Part shown: piece after piece, positions 1-7,982 of the stretch
Layout of the letters: every line of letters starts with the position of its first letter
Position numbering within the stretch: position 1 is the first letter of the stretch
IMG/VR virus record: IMGVR_UViG_2563366895_000002
Location: 1 to 14,590 of that record
Reading direction: 5' to 3' (one strand)
DNA: 14,590 nt
DNA from: a virus
Lineage: Duplodnaviria > Heunggongvirae > Uroviricota > Caudoviricetes
Notes under the pieces: model-generated
Databases searched by the model: none
The model's input: the letters and a program-made list of their open reading frames with translations, nothing else
Told to the model about the DNA's origin: nothing
Made by a program: the position numbers and the translations under genes

Positions 1-1164
1 TTACGCCTTCTTTATATCCTCCATAATTCCAGAGTGGGACATATTTGGGACATTATCACCAAAAATGTCGTCTATTTTCCTCGCATGCTCTGTCAAATGA
101 TTAGGCGCAAGGTGAGCATACCTACGAACCATTTCTATGGACTCCCATCCGCCCATTTCCTGAAGCACTGATAATGGGACGCCTGACTGAATCAGCCAGC
201 TTGCCCAGGTGTGTCTGAGGTCATGGAAACGGAAATCTTCAATTCCTGCACGACGACAAGCTGATAGCCATGATGTCTTGCTGTCGATGCGCATCTTCCT
301 GACCGCAGGCGTTGATGTTCCATCTGCTCGCTTAGCCGCCTTGGTATGTACAAACACCCATTTGTGATGCTTGCCTATTTGATCACGCAACACTTTACAG
401 GCGGTATCGTTCAGCGCCACACCAATGGCGCGGTTTGATTTGCTCTCTTCTGGATTCACCCAGGCAACTCGTCGCTGCATGTCGATTTGTTGCCATTCCA
501 GATTTATGATGTTCGACTTTCTCAGACCAGTTGCCAGCGCAAACTTGACGACAGATTTCAGTGGTTCGGGGCACTCATCAATAAGGCGTTTTGCTTCCTC
601 CTTTTCCAGCCATCTGACTCGCTTGTTTCTGACCGCTGGTATCTTGATGACAGGCGCTTTTTCCAGCCACTTCCAGTCGCGTTCTGCAGCACGGAGAATG
701 GCCTTTATCATGGCAAGATGCTTTGCCTTTGTCTGAGTTGATACTGGCTTTGGTTCATAAACAGGCGGTTCTTTACCTTTCCTGATGGCGGCCTGAACTT
801 TCTGTTTCCATATTTCTTTCGTCTTTCTGTTATGCATTCTGCTTACAGCAGAGTAAATCTTTGCCTCCGAGATATCTTTAAGCCTTATACCCTCAAAATG
901 TTCAAGCCAGAACTCAATCCGGCTTTTATCTGAATCGAGAGATTTTTTATCAGCTTTTTCCTCAAGCCATCTTAGGCAGGCCTCTTCAAAAGTGACATCA
1001 GGTAAATCCCCTAGCTTTTCTACTCGCCAGAGTTCTGCTTTTCGCTTGTCGTGCAACTCCTGAGCTTGCCGCTTGTCCTTTGTGCCAAGAGATTCCTTAA
1101 TTCGTTTCCCGCCCGGGAGCGAATACGAGGCATACCATATTTCATTTCTGCGGAAGAGTGACAT
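1..1164 (-). CDS. intD: Phage tyrosine integrase (DLP12/P22-type), complete 387 aa
   Basis: Full-length ORF on the minus strand; stop codon at bases 1-3. C-terminal catalytic region shows the tyrosine-recombinase motifs ([10 protein letters not shown] ... VRRYAHL). Recognised from memory as the DLP12 integrase; the 3' end faces the window edge as expected for an int gene next to attL/tRNA. Confidence 0.9.
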   Translation of the reverse strand: MSLFRRNEIWYASYSLPGGKRIKESLGTKDKRQAQELHDKRKAELWRVEKLGDLPDVTFEEACLRWLEEKADKKSLDSDKSRIEFWLEHFEGIRLKDISEAKIYSAVSRMHNRKTKEIWKQKVQAAIRKGKEPPVYEPKPVSTQTKAKHLAMIKAILRAAERDWKWLEKAPVIKIPAVRNKRVRWLEKEEAKRLIDECPEPLKSVVKFALATGLRKSNIINLEWQQIDMQRRVAWVNPEESKSNRAIGVALNDTACKVLRDQIGKHHKWVFVHTKAAKRADGTSTPAVRKMRIDSKTSWLSACRRAGIEDFRFHDLRHTWASWLIQSGVPLSVLQEMGGWESIEMVRRYAHLAPNHLTEHARKIDDIFGDNVPNMSHSGIMEDIKKA

Positions 1165-1296
1165 TTTCTTTCCTCTGTTATGCCATCACCCGCGCTCACC
1201 TGGACAGTATGCAGCGGAGACTGAAGCGCCGCAATGCAGGCTTGCCGTGTTGTGAGGTAAGGAGATTTTGGCTTGGTTGGATCTTTACGTGTTGCC

Positions 1297-1470
1297 TGTA
1301 AAAGCCGCGAGGACAACGCTGTCGCAGTGTTGGCGGAACTGCTGACGCGTGCTTATCCTTGTCCGCCGCTGACACCACGTATACCAGCCGCTGCGGGCCA
1401 CCCGGAGCACGCGGCACATTGCTTTGATGCTGAACTCAGCCTGATGTTTTTCAATAAAGACATACTTCAT
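1297..1470 (-). pseudogene. insF: IS3 OrfB (InsF) N-terminal fragment, truncated after ~58 codons
   Basis: [58 protein letters not shown] matches the InsF N-terminus, then diverges and hits a stop; the DDE catalytic core is absent. Confidence 0.75.
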
Positions 1471-1766
1471 TTCAGGCGCTTCGCGAAGTATGTCGCGGCC
1501 TTTTGGAGGATAGCCAGCTCTTCATCCCGTTCTGCCAGCTGGCGTTTGAGACGTGCAATCTCGGTAGACATCTCCAGTTCACGTTCAGAAGACGTCTGCT
1601 GATTTTGCTGTTTACTGCGCCAGTTGTAGAGCTGTGATTCATACAGGCTGAGTTCACGGGCTGCGGCAGTAACACCGATGCGTTCAGCAAGCTTCAGGGC
1701 TTCACTGCGAAATTCAGGCGAATGCTGTTTACGGGGTTTTTTACTGGTTGATACTGTTTTTGTCAT
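1467..1766 (-). CDS. insE: IS3 OrfA transposase subunit (InsE), 99 aa
   Basis: Translation [40 protein letters not shown]... matches IS3 OrfA; ATG at 1766 (the track's 1775 start is an upstream GTG). Confidence 0.85.
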
Positions 1767-1831
1767 GTGAGTCACCTCTGACTGAGAGTTTACTCACTTA
1801 GCCGCGTGTCCACTATTGCTGGGTAAGATCA

Positions 1832-1994
1832 GCGAACGGTGTATTACCGGTTCGCTACCAGAGAAGAACGGGAAGGAAAGGTGAGCACGAATCTGATTTT
1901 TAAGGAGTGTCGCCAGAGTGCCGCGATGAAACGCGTATTGAGGGTATATAAAAGGAACATCAATGGGTACACAATGATGAAACAGGTGAGTTGA
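1832..1994 (+). pseudogene. renD: C-terminal remnant of Ren-like protein (renD'), separated from its 5' part by the IS3 insertion
   Basis: Frame starting at 1839 translates VYYRFATREEREGKVSTNLIFKECRQSAAMKRVL..., resembling the lambda Ren C-terminus from memory; it begins immediately at the IS3 end (1831) and stops at 1992-1994. Confidence 0.55.
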
Positions 1995-2044
1995 TTTCAA
2001 ACTGTAGTACAATTCTCTCCAGTTTGAACAGGAAAGAATATGCT

Positions 2045-2377
2045 ATGAACCCTTATATTTATCTTGGTGGTGCAATACTTGCAGAGGTCATTGGTACAAC
2101 CTTAATGAAGTTTTCAGAAGGTTTTACACGGTTATGGCCATCTGTTGGTACAATTATTTGTTATTGTGCATCATTCTGGTTATTAGCTCAGACGCTGGCT
2201 TATATTCCTACAGGGATTGCTTATGCTATCTGGTCAGGAGTCGGTATTGTCCTGATTAGCTTACTGTCATGGGGATTTTTCGGCCAACGGCTGGACCTGC
2301 CAGCCATTATAGGCATGATGTTGATTTGTGCCGGTGTGTTGGTTATTAATTTATTGTCACGAAGCACACCACATTAA
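2045..2377 (+). CDS. emrE: Small multidrug resistance (SMR) efflux transporter EmrE, 110 aa
   Basis: Translation MNPYIYLGGAILAEVIGTTLMKFSEGFTRLWPSVGTIICYCASFWLLAQTLAYIPTGIAYAIWSGVGIVLISLLSWGFFGQRLDLPAIIGMMLICAGVL.INLLSRSTPH matches EmrE from memory, including the conserved membrane-embedded Glu in the first helix (AILAEVIGT). ATG at 2045; the track's 1991 start is an upstream TTG. Confidence 0.95.
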   Translation: MNPYIYLGGAILAEVIGTTLMKFSEGFTRLWPSVGTIICYCASFWLLAQTLAYIPTGIAYAIWSGVGIVLISLLSWGFFGQRLDLPAIIGMMLICAGVLVINLLSRSTPH

Positions 2378-2408
2378 AAATAATTTGTTTCTAAACGACT
2401 AAAATATG

Positions 2409-2446
2409 GAGGCTCTTATATTTATATGAGCCTCGTTTTATGCTTT
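2409..2446 (+). terminator. Putative intrinsic terminator downstream of emrE
   Basis: GAGGCTC (2409-2415) pairs with GAGCCTC (2428-2434) around an AT-rich loop, followed by GTTTTATGCTTTTTG. Confidence 0.5.
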
Positions 2447-2633
2447 TTGTTAATGTCTTTATTTTTTTATGTATTCTTTTGTGCTTTCAAGATTATGGCG
2501 TAAGAAAATTGCAATACGATTATTGTTGTATATTCAAGATAATGTGACCTTAATTGTCTTTTTAAATAAAAATTAAACAAAAATTATATCTCACCACTAA
2601 GGTTTATAAAAGCATACGTTAGCAGGTGTCACC

Positions 2634-4160
2634 ATGAAAAAAGCCATAGCATATATGCGATTTTCATCACCAGGTCAGATGTCTGGCGACTCATTAAACC
2701 GACAGAGAAGACTTATTGCTGAATGGTTAAAGGTAAATAGTGATTATTATCTTGATACCATAACATATGAAGATTTAGGATTAAGTGCATTCAAAGGAAA
2801 GCATGCACAATCAGGAGCTTTTTCGGAATTTTTAGATGCTATAGAGCATGGTTATATATTGCCAGGAACTACATTGTTAGTTGAAAGTCTGGACAGACTT
2901 TCAAGAGAAAAAGTCGGTGAAGCGATTGAGCGTCTGAAATTGATTTTGAATCACGGTATTGATGTTATAACTCTTTGCGATAATACAGTCTATAATATTG
3001 ACTCTTTGAATGATCCATATTCATTAATAAAAGCCATACTTATAGCACAAAGGGCAAATGAAGAAAGCGAGATAAAGTCAAGTCGGGTTAAATTATCATG
3101 GAAGAAAAAACGGCAGGATGCACTGGAGTCAGGCACGATTATGACGGCGTCTTGTCCGAGATGGCTCTCCTTAGATGACAAAAGAACGGCTTTTGTTCCA
3201 GACCCCGACAGGGTGAAAACTATTGAGCTAATTTTTAAACTCAGGATGGAAAGGCGCTCATTGAATGCAATAGCCAAGTATTTAAATGATCATGCTGTAA
3301 AGAATTTCTCAGGAAAAGAAAGTGCATGGGGACCTTCTGTAATTGAAAAATTATTAGCGAATAAAGCTCTGATAGGTATATGCGTACCTTCATATCGTGC
3401 AAGAGGTAAAGGAATAAGTGAAATCGCTGGCTATTATCCCAGAGTCATATCAGATGATTTGTTTTACGCTGTGCAGGAAATTCGGTTGGCACCTTTTGGT
3501 ATTAGCAATAGTAGCAAAAACCCTATGTTGATAAATCTACTTCGAACAGTTATGAAGTGCGAGGCTTGTGGTAATACCATGATTGTTCATGCGGTATCTG
3601 GAAGTTTGCATGGCTATTATGTTTGTCCGATGAGAAGACTGCATCGATGTGACAGGCCATCAATAAAGAGAGATTTGGTTGATTATAATATCATTAATGA
3701 GTTGCTTTTTAATTGTAGTAAAATCCAACCAGTTGAAAACAAGAAAGATGCTAATGAAACTTTAGAGTTGAAAATTATTGAGCTCCAGATGAAAATTAAT
3801 AATTTAATTGCTGCATTATCTGTTGCGCCTGAAGTTACCGCTATAGCAGAAAAAATCAGAGTATTAGATAAGGAATTACGAAGGGCTTCTGTATCATTAA
3901 AAACTTTGAAGAGTAAAGCGGTGAGCTCACTTGGTGATTTTCATGCTATTGACTTAACCAGTAAAAATGGGCGAGAGCTATGTCGTACACTTGCCTATAA
4001 AACATTCGAAAAAATCATAATCAATACAGATAATAAAACCTGTGATATCTATTTTATGAATGGCATTGTTTTTAAACACTATCCTTTAATGAAAACAATA
4101 TCCGCCCAGCAGGCGATAAGTACTCTCAAATATATGGTTGATGGTGAGGTTTATTTTTGA
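2634..4160 (+). CDS. ybcK: Large serine recombinase (resolvase/invertase-type N-terminal domain), YbcK-like, 508 aa
   Basis: N-terminal YMRFSSPGQ motif with the presumptive catalytic Ser; a Cys-rich segment (CEACGN...CPMRRLHRC) typical of large serine recombinases. Matches DLP12 YbcK by length and sequence from memory. ATG at 2634 with AGGTG 6 nt upstream. Gene is visibly AT-rich. Confidence 0.85.
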   Translation: MKKAIAYMRFSSPGQMSGDSLNRQRRLIAEWLKVNSDYYLDTITYEDLGLSAFKGKHAQSGAFSEFLDAIEHGYILPGTTLLVESLDRLSREKVGEAIERLKLILNHGIDVITLCDNTVYNIDSLNDPYSLIKAILIAQRANEESEIKSSRVKLSWKKKRQDALESGTIMTASCPRWLSLDDKRTAFVPDPDRVKTIELIFKLRMERRSLNAIAKYLNDHAVKNFSGKESAWGPSVIEKLLANKALIGICVPSYRARGKGISEIAGYYPRVISDDLFYAVQEIRLAPFGISNSSKNPMLINLLRTVMKCEACGNTMIVHAVSGSLHGYYVCPMRRLHRCDRPSIKRDLVDYNIINELLFNCSKIQPVENKKDANETLELKIIELQMKINNLIAALSVAPEVTAIAEKIRVLDKELRRASVSLKTLKSKAVSSLGDFHAIDLTSKNGRELCRTLAYKTFEKIIINTDNKTCDIYFMNGIVFKHYPLMKTISAQQAISTLKYMVDGEVYF

Positions 4161-4271
4161 GTAATAATCACTTTTTCAACCGTGCTATAGTAAGAAAGTT
4201 AGGTAAGTACAATAAAATTATCTATCCTGAACGAAGCGTCCTGAGCTATGGTTTTACTATAGGGACTGCCA

Positions 4272-4589
4272 ATGGATGCTGGCGTTCTCGTTCTAGCAGT
4301 TCAACAATCCCCAATCACAAAACAATTCACTGATAACGAACTTTGCACACTCGCCTGGTTATGGCGAGCAGGGAATGTGATGTTAATTGCCTACCAGAAC
4401 GTTACTCATCTTCTTCAGGATGCGGAGCATGGTGAAGCTGGTCACTTCACTTCCATCGAGCAAGAATATCCCCAGATACTCAACAGAGCGCGAGCAATCC
4501 TCGTCCGAGAAACGGCACATGTAAAACTTCAGCCGTGGCAGGATGATAAGTGGAGTCGAGTATTGCCGTATTTGCGTCAAATCTGTTAG
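4272..4589 (+). CDS. Hypothetical protein, 105 aa, no family recognised
   Basis: ATG-initiated ORF with GC content near the host average, flanked by AT-rich DNA. No motif I can assign and no convincing Shine-Dalgarno seen; may be a gene remnant. Confidence 0.35.
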   Translation: MDAGVLVLAVQQSPITKQFTDNELCTLAWLWRAGNVMLIAYQNVTHLLQDAEHGEAGHFTSIEQEYPQILNRARAILVRETAHVKLQPWQDDKWSRVLPYLRQIC

Positions 4590-4686
4590 GAGTATAGCCG
4601 CCAGCCATGAGTGTTGTATTAAAACAAGGATGTCTATATATGGGATAGCGAGAGTATGAATATCAGTTATTTTGAGAGTTAACTGA

Positions 4687-4710
4687 TTGTGAAATTAGTT
4701 TTTTTCACAA
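4687..4710. promoter_or_regulatory. Inverted repeat TTGTGAAA-N8-TTTCACAA upstream of the 309-aa ORF; candidate operator
   Basis: Perfect 8-bp arms at 4687-4694 and 4703-4710 in an AT-rich intergenic region about 85 bp upstream of the ATG at 4794. Confidence 0.25.
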
Positions 4711-4793
4711 ACGAGTGGGGTTACTATGATGAGTGTTCTAATGCATAGGGAACACCTAATTTTTTCAATGAATTCAAATTGATAGGATCAAAA

Positions 4794-5723
4794 ATGGCAC
4801 AACAGAGAACTACCTCCCTCAGATCCATACCTTTAGACTTAGATGTTAAGCAAGAGGCTGTCATTAACGGTATAGAAATGGGGGTACTCGATAACGGAAT
4901 TCCGTACCTTACTCAGAATGGGTTGGCAAATGTTTGTGGTGTTCAGCGTTTGCGAATCAAGGAAATTACCGATGAGTGGGCTCAATCCGTTGAGAACGGT
5001 ATTTTCAAAAAAGGAAGAATGACTTTTATTGGTACATATCTTCTTAATGAAGGTTTTACAGATGAAAAACTTTATATACCAATAATTCGAAATGGTGTTG
5101 AGTACCATGCTTATCCAGATGTTGTATGCATGGCTATACTTGAATACTATGCCTTTGAAGCAAAACAAGCAGAAAGTGAGACTGCAATTAGATCTTACAG
5201 AGAGCTTGCTAAAAAAGGCCTCAAGACATTTATATACGAGGCGCTAAAATATCAACCGGAGGACCCGTGGAGGCATTACCATGACAGAGTATCTTTATTA
5301 AAAGATAAGGGAACCATACCTGATGGGTATTTCATTATATTTAATGAAATTGCAGGTATGATGGTAGATCTCATCAATGCTGGATTAGCGATTAATCAGC
5401 ATACCGTACCTGATGGCAGTGTTGGTTCTTGCTGGGCGCGTCACTGGAAAGCAAAGGGGTTAGCAACAGAATTTGGAGAAAGAGTAGACTGTGAGCATTA
5501 TTACCCTGAAGATTTTCTTCAGGCAAGTTCCAATCCTCAGATCATTAATGCCTATCCTGATTCTGCATTGTCAGAGTTTCGTAGATGGTTTAAGCATGAA
5601 TATTTAACCACAAAGTTCCCACCGTATATTCTTAAAAAATCAAACGTGCTTCCTGGTGGTACAGAAGATGCTAATCGTCTGATAGAAGCTTTCAAAAAAT
5701 CAGAGCTAGAAAATAAACCATAA
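4794..5723 (+). CDS. Hypothetical protein, 309 aa, unknown function; candidate prophage cargo or defence protein
   Basis: ATG at 4794 preceded by AGGA at 4784-4787 (the track's 4779 start is an upstream TTG). Long clean ORF, visibly AT-rich, no transmembrane or signal sequence evident. N-terminal segment (GIEMGVLDNGIPYLTQNGLANVCGVQRLRIKEITDEW) is loosely reminiscent of KilA-N/Bro-N DNA-binding domains; this is unverified. Confidence 0.6.
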   Translation: MAQQRTTSLRSIPLDLDVKQEAVINGIEMGVLDNGIPYLTQNGLANVCGVQRLRIKEITDEWAQSVENGIFKKGRMTFIGTYLLNEGFTDEKLYIPIIRNGVEYHAYPDVVCMAILEYYAFEAKQAESETAIRSYRELAKKGLKTFIYEALKYQPEDPWRHYHDRVSLLKDKGTIPDGYFIIFNEIAGMMVDLINAGLAINQHTVPDGSVGSCWARHWKAKGLATEFGERVDCEHYYPEDFLQASSNPQIINAYPDSALSEFRRWFKHEYLTTKFPPYILKKSNVLPGGTEDANRLIEAFKKSELENKP

Positions 5724-5821
5724 TTGTTTTTTGGCTTTTGATTTTACATAATCATTTTGCCATAATCATGTCATCGGAGCCTGAACAACTCCGGTGACTT
5801 CTGCGCTAAACGGGGACGTTT

Positions 5822-5923
5822 ATGCGCACATACAATCCAAACTCTCTTCTCCCTTCACAGATGCAGAGATGCACCTGCGATTTTTTGCATCCAGCGTTTG
5901 ACCTCTGCGGAGGTGAAGCGTGA
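5822..5923 (+). CDS. ylcH: Small protein YlcH-like, 33 aa
   Basis: [36 protein letters not shown] whose stop overlaps the ybcN GTG start (GTGA); position and size match DLP12 ylcH from memory. Confidence 0.45.
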   Translation: MRTYNPNSLLPSQMQRCTCDFLHPAFDLCGGEA

Positions 5924-6375
5924 ATCTCCCACAAGATGGCATCAAATTACATCGCGGTAACTTCACCGCTATCGGTCGGCAGATCCAGCCTTATCTGGAG
6001 GAGGGCAAATGCTTTCGCATGGTGCTTAAACCGTGGCGTGAGAAACGCAGTCTTTCCCAGAATGCACTCAGCCACATGTGGTACAGCGAAATCAGTGAAT
6101 ACCTCATCAACAGGGGTAAAACGTTCGCCACTCCAGCTTGGGTAAAAGATGCTCTCAAACACACATATCTCGGTTATGAAACCAAAGACCTGGTTGATGT
6201 CGTAACCGGTGATATCACCACTATCCAGTCGTTACGCCATACCTCCGATCTTGATACCGGAGAGATGTATGTCTTCCTGTGTAAGGTTGAAGCCTGGGCG
6301 GTGAATATTGGCTGCCACCTGACTATTCCGCAGAGCTGCGAGTTCCAGCTGCTCCGTGACAAGCAGGAGGCGTAA
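5920..6375 (+). CDS. ybcN: YbcN, NinB/Orf-like DNA-binding protein, 151 aa
   Basis: GTG start at 5920 with GGAGG upstream; translation matches DLP12 YbcN from memory. Confidence 0.85.
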   Translation: MNLPQDGIKLHRGNFTAIGRQIQPYLEEGKCFRMVLKPWREKRSLSQNALSHMWYSEISEYLINRGKTFATPAWVKDALKHTYLGYETKDLVDVVTGDITTIQSLRHTSDLDTGEMYVFLCKVEAWAVNIGCHLTIPQSCEFQLLRDKQEA

Positions 6376-6545
6376 TGGCTACACCGCTTATTCGTGTCAT
6401 GAACGGACACATCTACAGAGTATCAAATCGTCGTAAGCGTAAGCCTGAGCCGAAGCCATCCGAAATACCAACACTGCTCGGATATACCGCTAGCCTGGTT
6501 GATAAAAAATGGTTGCGACTGGCAGCAAGGAGGAATCATGGCTGA
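6375..6545 (+). CDS. ninE: NinE-like protein, 56 aa
   Basis: ATG overlaps the ybcN stop (TAATG); translation [56 protein letters not shown]. Below the track's length cutoff, found by reading the sequence. Confidence 0.75.
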   Translation: MATPLIRVMNGHIYRVSNRRKRKPEPKPSEIPTLLGYTASLVDKKWLRLAARRNHG

Positions 6546-6828
6546 TTTGAGAAAAGCAGCGCGTGGTCGGGAATGCCAGGTAAGAATCCCTGGCGTATGT
6601 AATGGCAATTCTGAAACGTCTGTACTGGCACATATCCGGCTGGCTGGATTGTGCGGTACCGGTATCAAACCGCCAGACCTGATTGCCACCATTGCATGTT
6701 CTGCCTGCCACGACGAAATCGACCGCCGCACACATTTTGTCGATGCTGCATATGCAAAAGAATGCGCGCTGGAAGGTATGGCGAGAACACAGGTTATTTG
6801 GCTGAAAGAGGGGGTTATTAAGGCGTGA
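6538..6828 (+). CDS. ybcO: YbcO, Cys/His-rich putative metal-binding nuclease-like protein, 96 aa
   Basis: ATG at 6538 overlapping the ninE 3' end; translation [24 protein letters not shown]...CSACHDEID matches YbcO from memory (the track's 6499 start is an upstream alternative). Confidence 0.8.
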   Translation: MADLRKAARGRECQVRIPGVCNGNSETSVLAHIRLAGLCGTGIKPPDLIATIACSACHDEIDRRTHFVDAAYAKECALEGMARTQVIWLKEGVIKA

Positions 6829-7187
6829 ATACCTACAGCATCACATTACCCTGGCCTCCGAGCAATAATCGCTATTACCGCCATAATCGCGGGCGCACGC
6901 ACATCAGCGCAGAAGGGCAGGCATACCGCGATAACGTCACCCGAATCATTAAAAACGCAATGCTGGATATCGGCCTGGCTATGCCAGTGAAAATCCGTAT
7001 TGAGTGCCACATGCCGGATCGCCGTCGCCGTGACCTGGATAATCTGCAAAAAGCCGCTTTTGACGCACTCACCAAAGCAGGTTTCTGGCTGGATGATGCT
7101 CAGGTCGTTGATTACCGCGTTGTGAAGATGCCTGTTACCAAAGGTGGGAGGCTGGAACTGACCATCACCGAAATGGGGAATGAATGA
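6825..7187 (+). CDS. rusA: RusA Holliday junction resolvase, 120 aa
   Basis: GTG at 6825 overlapping the ybcO stop (GTGA); translation [36 protein letters not shown]... matches RusA from memory. Confidence 0.9.
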   Translation: MNTYSITLPWPPSNNRYYRHNRGRTHISAEGQAYRDNVTRIIKNAMLDIGLAMPVKIRIECHMPDRRRRDLDNLQKAAFDALTKAGFWLDDAQVVDYRVVKMPVTKGGRLELTITEMGNE

Positions 7188-7324
7188 TGTTTGAGTTTTA
7201 TATGGCAGAACTTCTTCGCCACCGCTGGGGGCATCTGCGCTTATATCGTTTCCCCGGTTCTGTTTTGACCGATTACCGAATACTGAAGAATTACGCCAAA
7301 ACCCTGACAGGAGCAGGAGTATGA
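7184..7324 (+). CDS. ylcG: YlcG-like small protein, 46 aa
   Basis: ATG overlapping the rusA stop; translation [46 protein letters not shown]. Confidence 0.6.
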   Translation: MMFEFYMAELLRHRWGHLRLYRFPGSVLTDYRILKNYAKTLTGAGV

Positions 7325-7409
7325 AGTCAGAGATAACAATCAACTAATACTGTTTTGTTGATTTTTGCTTGTAATTGGCGTTCTGGTCTGATTTTTGTGG
7401 AGTAAGTTG

Positions 7410-7793
7410 ATGCGTGATATTCAGATGGTTCTTGAGCGTTGGGGAGCGTGGGCGGCTAATAATCATGAAGATGTGACCTGGTCGTCCATTGCCGCCGGTT
7501 TTAAGGGATTAATTACTTCAAAAGTAAAATCTCGCCCGCAATGTTGTGACGATGACGCGATGATTATTTGCGGGTGCATGGCCCGTCTGAAAAAGAACAA
7601 CAGCGATTTGCACGATTTATTAGTAGATTATTATGTAGTCGGTATGACATTCATGTCACTGGCAGGTAAGCATTGCTGCTCTGATGGTTATATCGGGAAA
7701 AGGTTACAGAAGGCTGAGGGCATAATTGAAGGGATGTTAATGGCATTAGATATCCGGTTAGAGATGGATATCGTTGTTAATAACTCTAATTAA
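7410..7793 (+). CDS. quuD: Late-gene antiterminator Q homolog (QuuD), 127 aa
   Basis: ATG at 7410 (the track's 7395 start is an upstream TTG); translation [24 protein letters not shown]... with the Cys cluster [12 protein letters not shown]; sits immediately upstream of the hairpin cluster and lysis genes. Confidence 0.85.
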   Translation: MRDIQMVLERWGAWAANNHEDVTWSSIAAGFKGLITSKVKSRPQCCDDDAMIICGCMARLKKNNSDLHDLLVDYYVVGMTFMSLAGKHCCSDGYIGKRLQKAEGIIEGMLMALDIRLEMDIVVNNSN

Positions 7794-7810
7794 TATGCCA
7801 ATTGTTTACT

Positions 7811-7844
7811 AAAAATTATTAAAAATGGGGCGTTGAGACGCCCC
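7811..7844 (-). terminator. GC-rich hairpin GGGGCG-TTGAGA-CGCCCC with U-tract on the minus strand
   Basis: Stem 7827-7832 / 7839-7844; the + strand upstream is AAAAATTATTAAAAAT, which reads as a T-tract after the hairpin on the minus strand. Could terminate nmpC transcription or be part of the late promoter region; strand assignment is uncertain. Confidence 0.4.
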
Positions 7845-7883
7845 CAAAAATAAAGGGTAATATATAACAGAAGGTTTATATAG

Positions 7884-7972
7884 TTAGAAGCAAGGTTGTG
7901 CTTCTAAAGGAAGTGGCTTGAGGGAGCCACTTATATGTTGGGGAGGCAACGCCTCCCGCAACATATCTTTTT
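7884..7972 (+). terminator. Three consecutive hairpins downstream of quuD, the last followed by CTTTTT (tR'-like intrinsic terminator)
   Basis: Hairpins at 7884-7907 (TTAGAAGCA/TGCTTCTAA), 7911-7932 (AAGTGGCT/AGCCACTT) and 7933-7966 (ATATGTTGGGGAGGC/GCCTCCCGCAACATAT), then T-run 7967-7972. Position between Q and the lysis genes fits a lambdoid late leader/terminator. Confidence 0.5.
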
Positions 7973-7982
7973 CGTAATCAGA

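Larger units (their letters stand above)
1297..1831 (-). mobile_element. IS3 remnant: left terminal repeat, complete orfA, first 174 nt of orfB, then truncated
   Basis: Terminal sequence TGATCTTACCCAGCAATAGTGGACACGCGGCTAAG is present as its reverse complement ending at 1831. The orfA and orfB N-terminal translations match IS3 InsE/InsF from memory. Homology stops after codon 58 of orfB (AAFT then GNT-stop instead of RSKQRYG). Confidence 0.85.

Noticed and set aside
425-741. Plus-strand ORFs of 103 and 84 aa (425-736, 487-741)
   Set aside because: Entirely antisense to the well-supported integrase gene, with no recognisable motifs; typical shadow ORFs.
1020-1417. Minus-strand ORFs 1020-1316 and 1196-1417 as possible xis
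   Set aside because: The first overlaps the int coding region in another frame and the second runs across the IS3 truncation junction; neither resembles an excisionase. The real xis appears to be deleted.
1991-2044. N-terminal extension of emrE from the track's TTG start at 1991
   Set aside because: The ATG at 2045 reproduces the canonical 110-aa EmrE N-terminus MNPYIYLGG; the upstream 18 codons are not part of the protein.
4687-4710. CRP binding site
   Set aside because: The TGTGA and TCACA half-sites are present but separated by 11 bp instead of the 6 bp that CRP requires; kept only as a generic inverted repeat.
4726-4782. 18-codon mini-ORF MMSVLMHREHLIFSMNSN in the leader of the 309-aa gene
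   Set aside because: No ribosome-binding site and too short to support without expression data.
6846-7343. Minus-strand 165-aa ORF
   Set aside because: Antisense to rusA and ylcG, which are strongly supported by sequence identity.
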